Below, piece after piece: positions 42,106-48,344 of a stretch of DNA of 48,344 nucleotides (position 1 is the stretch's first letter; each line of letters starts with the position of its first letter). The stretch comes from a virus. The DNA lies in the IMG/VR virus record IMGVR_UViG_3300046781_000048; one strand, 5' to 3'. The translations under genes were made by a program, and so were the position numbers. The notes below the pieces were generated by a model. That model searched no databases. It was given only the letters and a program-made list of their open reading frames with translations, and was not told the origin of the DNA.

Positions 42106-42159
42106 GCGTCATACGATCCGTCCGTCAGTACTTGTGCAAGCGTATGGTTCGTATGACGC
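42106..42159. other. Candidate attP: 11-bp perfect inverted repeat GCGTCATACGA / TCGTATGACGC flanking 32 bp
   Basis: Read directly, 60 nt downstream of int. The arms extend to 14 bp with one mismatch. Confidence 0.4.
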
Positions 42160-42181
42160 TGAAAACCTCGATGATTAGTGC

Positions 42182-42218
42182 GACCCGGGCTGCGTAGAGC
42201 GTTCGCGCAGCCCGGGTC
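42182..42218. terminator. 13-bp stem hairpin between convergent int and the lipoprotein gene
   Basis: GACCCGGGCTGCG / CGCAGCCCGGGTC with an 11-nt loop. No U-tract. Confidence 0.45.
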
Positions 42219-42229
42219 TAGAGGGGTCT

Positions 42230-42925
42230 TCAGTAGCAGGAGAGCATGACGGTCCCCGATGCGTCGCAGGACGTGTCGCCATCAGAGACGACCAGCGTCA
42301 GCGGGTAGTTACCCGCTGCGATGCAGGGGAAAGACGCGTTAGCGTTGCTCGCAGTGAACCCAGGCGCAGACCAATTATAGGTGAGTGGGGTAGGAAGATT
42401 GTCGATGTCCGTCGCTGCAGCGTGCAGCGCAATCGAGGTACCTACGGCTGCACTAAGCGGGGCAGCGTCGAAGACATTGATCGACGGGCAGAGATTGATC
42501 GTCCCGTTGATGATGATGCCTCCATTATTGTTCGTGTTACGGCAGGTCAGCGCGACATTGACTACCGTCGTAGCGCCAGCCATGACCGCGAACGTCGCGA
42601 CCCCAGTGCAGCCTACGTTAGGATGACTCGATGAAGTCGCAGTCAGCGTGATCGTATAGCCCCCGCTCGCAGGGATGCTGCCAACGAAACCGGAAATCGC
42701 GCTCGACATGGAGACGTTGATATCGCCTTCCGCATGGAAGCCGTTCGTCCCGACGATGTCGTAGTGAACCGTATTGATCGTATAGGGTCCTACGACTAGC
42801 TCTAGGCCAATCGAGCCAGGCTCTTCGCCCCTGGGTCTAGGTTCACCAGAGTCGCCAGCAGCGCAGCCGCTGATAGCCATCGTTACGATCGCGAAGCAGA
42901 GAAGAAGTCTCGATAGAATATTCAT
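42230..42925 (-). CDS. Lipoprotein with Ig/PKD-like beta domains (moron)
   Basis: Signal peptide with lipobox AISGC. Repeated Cys-bracketed beta-rich segments. 92-nt gap upstream with its own GGGGGG SD. Confidence 0.6.
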   Translation of the reverse strand: MNILSRLLLCFAIVTMAISGCAAGDSGEPRPRGEEPGSIGLELVVGPYTINTVHYDIVGTNGFHAEGDINVSMSSAISGFVGSIPASGGYTITLTATSSSHPNVGCTGVATFAVMAGATTVVNVALTCRNTNNNGGIIINGTINLCPSINVFDAAPLSAAVGTSIALHAAATDIDNLPTPLTYNWSAPGFTASNANASFPCIAAGNYPLTLVVSDGDTSCDASGTVMLSCY

Positions 42926-43017
42926 GATTGCCCCCCGTTCTAGCGGGCGGATCTAAATGGTCGCGCCCTAGAATCACCTACCATACCAAAAGGCGCGCAT
43001 CGAGGGACAGCGAGCCA

Positions 43018-43236
43018 TTACCATCCGCCCTCTTGCCCCACTATCAGCGACTGCAGTTCGCTGCACAAACGGCGCAGGCAGGGGACGCAGTTCGCTGACT
43101 CGAAAGCGAACATATCGACCCACGCGTTACCCTCTGGCCAGTCTCGCGGGATACCTTGGACGGTCCCGCATATGGCGAAGCCATGACGCAGGATATGGAT
43201 CGTCGCGCCTTCGCTCTTTTCGCTCTTTTCGCTCAT
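43018..43236 (-). CDS. Hypothetical protein (72 aa)
   Basis: The start at 43236 forms an ATGA overlap with the upstream stop. The listed ORF extends to 43434. Confidence 0.45.
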   Translation of the reverse strand: MSEKSEKSEGATIHILRHGFAICGTVQGIPRDWPEGNAWVDMFAFESANCVPCLRRLCSELQSLIVGQEGGW

Positions 43237-43889
43237 CTCGCAGATCTCCCTATGTACCGTCCGTTCCCTGGCTCTTTGAATCGCCGCATGATGAGCGCTG
43301 CTGCATCCGTATCGTCCGTCTCTAGAATGTCCCAGGCGACCAGCAGCATCGTAGGCAGCAGACCCATCGCGATCGGTAGTTCGTTCGTCGCTGGGTCTAC
43401 CCCCTCTTCCATGATGTCGCGCATCGCAGTCCATGCCAGCTCGACAGCCTCAGTAAGCAGCGGGCGACCCTCTTTCTCCGCTAGCTTCGCGCAGCGATCG
43501 GGGGTCTCGTCTACGATATGATGCCCCCTGCAGGCGATGGGTCGCGCATCGTAGATCATGCATTCATGATCCTGCAGCAGAGGGCATTTCAGACGCGCCT
43601 TAGCCCATGTCGTAAAGTCTGGTTCAGGGTTCGCAGGGTCGATGCCTGCGCGCTCTGCGCGCGCTAACCACTCCATCATGCGCGCGCGAATCTTGCGCCT
43701 GCTCTCGGCGGAGAGCGCGCGAATTGCATCCATGACCGGGGTCATCTCGACATGCGAGACCACTGCGATGTCATAGCAGCAGGCATCGCAGCCCCGTTCG
43801 CAGGGGATGGTATGTCCCTCCGTACGCGCGCGCTTGATGATGTCGCCCAGCGCAACGTCGAAGTCGCGGTAGCGCTGCCCTAGATCCAT
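43233..43889 (-). CDS. YkgJ-family CxxCxxCC cysteine-cluster protein
   Basis: CERGCDACC plus CPLL ... C.IYDARPIACR, the signature of the UPF0153/YkgJ (FliB-related) family. Confidence 0.6.
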   Translation of the reverse strand: MDLGQRYRDFDVALGDIIKRARTEGHTIPCERGCDACCYDIAVVSHVEMTPVMDAIRALSAESRRKIRARMMEWLARAERAGIDPANPEPDFTTWAKARLKCPLLQDHECMIYDARPIACRGHHIVDETPDRCAKLAEKEGRPLLTEAVELAWTAMRDIMEEGVDPATNELPIAMGLLPTMLLVAWDILETDDTDAAALIMRRFKEPGNGRYIGRSAR

Positions 43890-44095
43890 GTCTCAACTAT
43901 CTTCGGGTCATCGCTCGGATCGCGAGCCAGGCAGCAGAGACCATAGGGGACGTAGGCGCGCGCTTCGTCGAGAGTGTTGGCGAGCAGTACTCTACTCTCT
44001 GGACGCTGCTGCCCGTCGCTCCCAACGAACCATCGACGAACGACGAAGAGGGACGGGAAGTCCTTAGGGTGCTCGTAGATAACCCAAATCTCCAT
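43880..44095 (-). CDS. Small conserved-type hypothetical protein (71 aa)
   Basis: The pattern IWVIYEHPKDFPSLFVVRRW ... DDPKIVETW resembles a widespread small protein family of unknown function. Confidence 0.5.
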   Translation of the reverse strand: MEIWVIYEHPKDFPSLFVVRRWFVGSDGQQRPESRVLLANTLDEARAYVPYGLCCLARDPSDDPKIVETWI

Positions 44096-44097
44096 CC

Positions 44098-44304
44098 CTA
44101 ATCCTTCGCCTTCGCAGCCCTATGCATGCAAATCACGGCCGCAAATTCGAAAGCCATGCGCGTCAAGTTTGGCTCGGTCCGTATGCCATGGCGCCACAGG
44201 TCGCGCCGCTGCGCTTCGACGGTCGCCTGCTCATCAAGCGATAGGCTGCTATCGGCGTCCCAGGCTAGCGCCGTATACCCGGTCATGATATCCGCGCGCC
44301 GCAT
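44098..44304 (-). CDS. Hypothetical protein (68 aa)
   Basis: ORF in operon order. Confidence 0.45.
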   Translation of the reverse strand: MRRADIMTGYTALAWDADSSLSLDEQATVEAQRRDLWRHGIRTEPNLTRMAFEFAAVICMHRAAKAKD

Positions 44305-44888
44305 TAGTCATCCGCCTTCGCAGCGATGAACCCTACGAGCTTCGCCCAGAGTGGACGCATCGCATCGACTACGGCGGGTAGATCGATTTCGTCGACAGGA
44401 TGCAGCGCAAGGGGCATCAGCGCAGCGCAATGTTCTTCGCTGAAGAAGTGCGCTGAATTCAGAAAGCCCGCAAATTCGCTGATGCAAGATCCGAAGATCG
44501 GGCAATTCTCAGCATCGGGAAACCTAGCCCTGCATTTGCGATGCATTATCAGGCGCGCGCCGTAGATGGGAAGCTCTCGATAGGTCTCGTAGTCGAAATC
44601 TCCGGGGGCCTTCGCTACGGCGCGCAGCCTTCTTCGCGGCTGTCGTTCGAGCGCTCCGTTTCTGATCCATGAAAAGCACTGCAGCGCTGCAGCAGCGTCG
44701 CCTATGCGCAGCTCAAATAGCCATTCGTCGCAGTGCTGCCCGTGATTTGCTCCGCCGTCATTCGGCAAATGCTGGGGGACATGTTCGCAGATCGTTCGAC
44801 AGTCGTAGCCCCGAGTAACAGCGACCTTGACCAGCCCGAGCGGAGTCGTCTGCCAATCGAGCGCGCGCATACTCCCTGGGTTTGTCAT
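44304..44888 (-). CDS. Hypothetical Cys/His-rich protein (194 aa)
   Basis: The start at 44888 forms an ATGA overlap with the upstream stop. The listed ORF extends to 45041. Confidence 0.5.
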   Translation of the reverse strand: MTNPGSMRALDWQTTPLGLVKVAVTRGYDCRTICEHVPQHLPNDGGANHGQHCDEWLFELRIGDAAAALQCFSWIRNGALERQPRRRLRAVAKAPGDFDYETYRELPIYGARLIMHRKCRARFPDAENCPIFGSCISEFAGFLNSAHFFSEEHCAALMPLALHPVDEIDLPAVVDAMRPLWAKLVGFIAAKADD

Positions 44889-45163
44889 CGCTCCGCCTTG
44901 CATTTTGCATGGTCCGCTATGAAGGCGCGCATGATCGCTACTGCCATGCGCAGCGAAATCGACTTTTGCCCCATCGACCCATCGAACTTTTCGCCGCATC
45001 TCTCGCAGTGGAACTGCAGACCCCCGTCCCATTTCAGCCAATCGCGAGAGCTACGCTTCGCAGCGTCCGGGGTTATTCTTCGCGCGCTGATTTCCGCGCT
45101 GATGTCTTCTACCTCCGCCATGGTAAAGGCTTTTTTTTTGGCGGTCTTCTTCGTCTGTTTCAT
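44885..45163 (-). CDS. Hypothetical protein with a Lys-rich N-terminus and CERCG motif (92 aa)
   Basis: ORF in operon order. Contains an A9 run (T9 at 45131..45139 on plus) encoding KKK. Confidence 0.5.
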   Translation of the reverse strand: MKQTKKTAKKKAFTMAEVEDISAEISARRITPDAAKRSSRDWLKWDGGLQFHCERCGEKFDGSMGQKSISLRMAVAIMRAFIADHAKCKAER

Positions 45164-45174
45164 ACGGCGCGCCT

Positions 45175-45570
45175 CTACGCAGAACCTGCAGAGATTCCAA
45201 ACTCTGCCGCTGAGACATACTCGATCGGAGCGCCTGCATGCTCTAGCGCGCAGCGCGTCATGAAGACCGTTGGCATCGCCTTAGGGTCGCCCGTCCGTCT
45301 CGCCGCATGGACGATGCTTTCTAGGAAGATGCGCGCCGCTTCGTTTTTTGCGATGCGCCCGATCATCGGTTCTAGTTCGCTGATGACCATGATCTCTTTC
45401 GGACCGAAGGCGAAGCGCGGAGGCTCTTCGCCTGGCGGCAAATGGGGCAGCCCTGCCAGATAGGTATGCTCGACCGCTGCGACTACGCGCACATATTCTT
45501 CGGGCATCTCGCCAGTCTTAGCGGCGCGCTCGCCTAGTGCGAACATTCGTCGTCTCTCGTGTCGATTCAA
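45175..45570 (-). CDS. Hypothetical protein (start uncertain: 45570, 45546 or 45507)
   Basis: The longest ORF overlaps the upstream gene by 53 nt. The ATG at 45507 would remove the overlap. Confidence 0.45.
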   Translation of the reverse strand: MNRHERRRMFALGERAAKTGEMPEEYVRVVAAVEHTYLAGLPHLPPGEEPPRFAFGPKEIMVISELEPMIGRIAKNEAARIFLESIVHAARRTGDPKAMPTVFMTRCALEHAGAPIEYVSAAEFGISAGSA

Positions 45571-45778
45571 GATCGCCCCCTTGGCCTACGTACTTTAGAC
45601 CCTTCCAAGTAACCCCTCGAAAAACGTATCGCTGCCCGTTCGAGGTAAAAGTAAACTCGATCGATGCCCATGGATCAGCGGGCGCAGCGATGGCAGCAGC
45701 AGCTGGTAGCGCAGGCATGAAGCGCGCTAGCCCTACGAGCTGCAGCCATATGCGGCGCGCTAGCTCGCGATCGCTCAT
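45518..45778 (-). CDS. Hypothetical protein (86 aa)
   Basis: The start at 45778 forms an ATGA overlap with the upstream stop at 45775. Confidence 0.45.
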   Translation of the reverse strand: MSDRELARRIWLQLVGLARFMPALPAAAAIAAPADPWASIEFTFTSNGQRYVFRGVTWKGLKYVGQGGDLESTRETTNVRTRRARR

Positions 45779-46056
45779 CGCTGCCCCCTGCATTCGAGCC
45801 AAGCGATGATCTCCGCCTTCGCGCGCTCTAGATCAAAGTAGTACCTCGGCCATCCATCAGCCCAGTCCATCGCGCCAGGCAAGGCTAGGCCCCCCCAGAT
45901 GCTAACGACCTTCGCGATGTAGCGACCGCGGTCGCAGTAATGCGGGCGAGGTTCGAGCCAGATCATGCATTCTCTGCCTAGGATCCAGAGATGCCCCGGG
46001 TAGCCTTCGGGCTCTTCCCAGATCATCGACTCGACCGGACGTCCCAGCTCGCTCAT
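45775..46056 (-). CDS. Hypothetical Trp-rich protein (93 aa)
   Basis: The start at 46056 forms an ATGA overlap with the upstream stop at 46053. Confidence 0.5.
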   Translation of the reverse strand: MSELGRPVESMIWEEPEGYPGHLWILGRECMIWLEPRPHYCDRGRYIAKVVSIWGGLALPGAMDWADGWPRYYFDLERAKAEIIAWLECRGQR

Positions 46057-46643
46057 TGTCCACACAGTTTGACGATCGCGAGACATTCGCTGCACGTTAC
46101 CTCTGCGACGTCCCTGGTCATGATGAGTCGATCGGGGGAAGGCCCCTTCGATTCGACGTAGTAGCAAGCGCGACGCATGTCCGACCCGAGATAATGGATC
46201 GGGCAGGGCGCAGCTCTATCGCTGCATTCGGCGAAGGGTCGCAGCAGCTGCACTTCGACGTCAGTGCGCTGCTGATGCGACGTCAGCAGCAGATTGCGCA
46301 GCCCCTCTAGGGTAGCCCCCGCAAGCTTCGGATAGGCCCCCTGCTTATGCAGCCATGTCGCGACCATCGCTAGCTGCTGCGCAAAATAGAAGGCGCTATC
46401 GCCTCGAATAAAGATGCCCCTCCAATCGCTACCGAACTGCATCGCGCCTGTCTCTGCGCGCGCAGATGGCGCTGCTGGTCGCGTCGTCTCAGCAGACAGG
46501 AGACGGCCTATCGCCTGGCCAATGTCGAAGGCGAGCGCATTACGATGACGGACGCAGGCAACGATCGTTAGCGGGTCGCTGGCGCCCAGCAGGGTCAGGC
46601 GCGCTGCAGGCTCAGCACCGCAGATCTGGCAGGGGTCCCCCAT
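46053..46643 (-). CDS. Hypothetical protein with terminal Cys pairs (196 aa)
   Basis: CQICG at the N-terminus and CSEC ... C at the C-terminus. Confidence 0.55.
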   Translation of the reverse strand: MGDPCQICGAEPAARLTLLGASDPLTIVACVRHRNALAFDIGQAIGRLLSAETTRPAAPSARAETGAMQFGSDWRGIFIRGDSAFYFAQQLAMVATWLHKQGAYPKLAGATLEGLRNLLLTSHQQRTDVEVQLLRPFAECSDRAAPCPIHYLGSDMRRACYYVESKGPSPDRLIMTRDVAEVTCSECLAIVKLCGQ

Positions 46644-46665
46644 GGGCGACCGCTATCGCACGAAT

Positions 46666-46683
46666 GTAGTCAGCTGGCAACTA
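46666..46683 (+). promoter_or_regulatory. GTAGTCAGCTGGCAACTA motif, copy identical to 3229..3246
   Basis: 18/18 identity. Lies between two minus-strand genes and overlaps only the stop codon of 46681..46908. Confidence 0.45.
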
Positions 46684-46908
46684 GGCGGAGCGCTTCATCA
46701 GACGAGCTGCGAAGCGAGCGCTGCGCGCTGTCTTTCGATGCGCCTTCGTTGGGACGTAGGTCCCTGCTTCTAGCTCCGCCTTCATCACTGGATCGCGCAG
46801 CTTCGCAGCGTCTTCGTCTGCGACCCGTTCCCAGACCTGACGGCCGTTCGAACGATGAACGACCAGGTAGCAGGTCGATTGCTTACGCTTGCGTGAGACG
46901 ATGGCCAT
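46681..46908 (-). CDS. Small protein resembling an integrase Arm-type (AP2-like) DNA-binding domain
   Basis: The MAIVSRKRKQSTCYLVVHRSNGRQVWERV ... AELEAGTYVP pattern resembles the N-terminal arm-binding domains of tyrosine integrases. Start chosen at 46908. Confidence 0.45.
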   Translation of the reverse strand: MAIVSRKRKQSTCYLVVHRSNGRQVWERVADEDAAKLRDPVMKAELEAGTYVPTKAHRKTARSARFAARLMKRSA

Positions 46909-46952
46909 GGCGCTCGAATGAGGGGCTAGGATCCTAGCCCCTCTATCGAATG

Positions 46953-47609
46953 TCAGGGGCTGCAGAGCTGACCTGATGGGCAGCCCATCGAGCAACTATG
47001 ACCGGGGACCCACATCCCGCCGTTGGATAGCCCCCCAGACAGGCGCCAGATCTCCTGCAGGCAATAGACGGGCAGGGTCTCTACAGGGACGGTAGGCATA
47101 CCCGCGCACATGCGAGTCGTATTGACGCAGGGACCAGGGAAAGCGGCGCGCACTTGCGCATCGCGATCGATCGCACGCTGGCAAGCTGGGTTACTTGGGA
47201 CGGCGCAGATAGGCATGACCCCCGAGTCGACGGCTGCATCGCCAGGCGCATCCGCCTGCGCATCGGGCGCAGCAGCGTCGACGCTCGCATCGCTGCCTTC
47301 GTCCGTCGCAGTGTCCGTCGCAGCGTCTACGAGCGCATCGCTGCCTGCATCGATCGGGGTCGCATCGTCGCTGCCCCCCCCTTCGGGCAGAGCGTCCAGC
47401 CCCTGCCCAGCGTCCGGGGGAGGGGCATCCTGCGCCGCTGCATCCTGGCTAGGCTCGCTCTGCGCTGCGTCCGTAGACACTGCATCTAGCGGCGCATCGA
47501 CGGCTGCGTCTGCCCGTGCGTCTGGCGAGAACGGATCGGCCGGTAAGGGTTCACTTTGAGCTGCGCAAGATGCGCAAAGGAGAAGCGAGAAGATGATGAT
47601 GATTTTCAT
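46953..47609 (-). CDS. Secreted Asp/Ala-rich protein with a Cys-rich C-terminal domain (moron)
   Basis: Start at 47609 gives the signal peptide MKIIIIFSLLLCASCAAQ, then a long low-complexity D/A/P region and a C-terminal domain with 8 Cys. Confidence 0.55.
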   Translation of the reverse strand: MKIIIIFSLLLCASCAAQSEPLPADPFSPDARADAAVDAPLDAVSTDAAQSEPSQDAAAQDAPPPDAGQGLDALPEGGGSDDATPIDAGSDALVDAATDTATDEGSDASVDAAAPDAQADAPGDAAVDSGVMPICAVPSNPACQRAIDRDAQVRAAFPGPCVNTTRMCAGMPTVPVETLPVYCLQEIWRLSGGLSNGGMWVPGHSCSMGCPSGQLCSP

Positions 47610-47665
47610 GGTTCTTTCTATCGGTTTCTTTTTTCGATTCTTGACGTGTGCGCCTGTCGGTTTGG

Positions 47666-48070
47666 CTACGACAGCCTGCAAACTTTGATGGTCGGAAGGT
47701 CGCCCCCTCCGAAGGTTTTCGACTGTCCGACTTTGAGCGCGCGCAGTTCTTCGCAGTGCTCGATGCAGAGATTTTCGCGCTGCACTTCGAGAAATTCGAC
47801 CAGCGATACCTCGCCAGTGATCGGAGCGTCGTCGGAGTAGGACCATTTGACGCTGACGAGAATGCGCGTGCGTTCGTCTTCTGACCCGTAGGCAGAGTCG
47901 ATTTCCCAGCTGCAGCCTTCGCAGCAGATAGGCTCCCCTTCCCAGTGGACGTCAGGCGTAAAGGTCTCGCCTGAGTCGTCATCCGTTGCGCAGCTTGCGC
48001 AGAGGACCGTCCCAGCGGCGGAGATGTAGAGAAGGGGGTAGCAACCGATCGAAGTGAAGGCGGGCAACAT
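47666..48070 (-). CDS. Cys-rich hypothetical protein (134 aa)
   Basis: CASCA and CCEGC motifs. ORF in operon order. Confidence 0.5.
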   Translation of the reverse strand: MLPAFTSIGCYPLLYISAAGTVLCASCATDDDSGETFTPDVHWEGEPICCEGCSWEIDSAYGSEDERTRILVSVKWSYSDDAPITGEVSLVEFLEVQRENLCIEHCEELRALKVGQSKTFGGGDLPTIKVCRLS

Positions 48071-48143
48071 ACGGCTATGGATCCTTTCGTGCGAGCATTG
48101 GCGCTCGGATGGGGGCTTAGTCGGCTAAGCCCCCTACCGAACG

Positions 48144-48344
48144 TCAGCGCTCGGGGAAGCGCGACTCGACTTCGCCCGAGAGAGCTTCAGCGTGCGACGC
48201 TGCGAAGTCCTGCTGCGCAGCAGAGTAGTCTGCGAAGTACTCTGCATCAGTGTCGCCAGGGCGCAGCGTAAGAAAGGTCATGATGGATCGCACTGCGGTA
48301 TCGGAGTCGATCGCGCAGTGAACCCAGACGAAGGCGCCATCGCG
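48144..48344 (-). CDS. 3-prime part of the junction-spanning ORF (same gene as 1..292)
   Basis: TGA is the reverse complement of 48144..48146. The frame is continuous with the ORF starting at 292 once the 127-bp overlap is collapsed. Confidence 0.6.
   Translation of the reverse strand, partial: RDGAFVWVHCAIDSDTAVRSIMTFLTLRPGDTDAEYFADYSAAQQDFAASHAEALSGEVESRFPER
48218..48344. repeat. Terminal overlap, copy 2 (identical to 1..127)
   Basis: Direct comparison. Confidence 0.95.

Larger units (their letters stand above)
1..48344. mobile_element. Complete circular temperate myovirus-like phage genome (unique length 48,217 bp)
   Basis: Packaging, head, contractile tail, lysis, replication, recombination and integration modules are all present. 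The window ends overlap by 127 identical bases and one ORF is continuous across the junction. Confidence 0.85.

Noticed and set aside
1-48344. CRISPR arrays, rRNA genes, IS elements or transposases, toxin-antitoxin pairs, retrons.
   Set aside because: I saw no regularly spaced direct repeats, no rRNA-like sequence, no DDE or RT motifs, and no recognisable TA families in the ORF translations. A by-eye scan cannot exclude very divergent examples.

Overview
Complete, circularly closed genome of a temperate contractile-tailed dsDNA phage or excised prophage from a G+C-rich host. Unique length is 48,217 bp: bases 1-127 recur exactly at 48218-48344, which looks like an assembler overlap. There are about 80 tightly packed ORFs. 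Many are joined by ATGA/TAATG stop-start overlaps and preceded by a G-rich Shine-Dalgarno (AAGGGGG). Minus strand, read right to left: a leftward early operon starts at a divergent switch at about 33.1-33.25 kb (basic protein, N6/N4 DNA methyltransferase, replication initiator with an internal iteron-type origin, DnaB helicase, HNH and VRR-NUC nucleases). A 360-bp noncoding region follows, then packaging (HTH small-terminase candidate, TerL), a Mu-like head module, connectors, sheath, tube, a chaperone with a G_GGA_AAA -1 frameshift, tape measure, baseplate, two tail fibres, a LamG-like protein and a lysis cassette ending at 4883. Only the portal gene of this block is on the plus strand. Plus strand 33.25-42.05 kb carries HTH regulators, a Cas4-like PD-(D/E)XK exonuclease, a putative annealing protein, a DGQHR (DndB/ParB-like) protein, an acidic tandem-repeat protein and a large serine integrase with a candidate attP just downstream. 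The regions 42.2-48.2 kb and 0-4.8 kb are accessory: lipoprotein and secreted morons, a YkgJ-type CxxCxxCC protein and many small Cys-rich proteins of unknown function. I saw no rRNA, CRISPR array, reverse transcriptase or transposase, and one tRNA-like element. All family calls are by-eye motif recognition, not database searches. Strongest leads: (1) the portal segment is inverted and bracketed by a short inverted repeat; (2) a tRNA-like element plus a perfect hairpin sit inside the packaging operon; (3) a GTAGTCAGCTGG motif recurs at intergenic junctions; (4) helically phased iterons lie inside the initiator gene.
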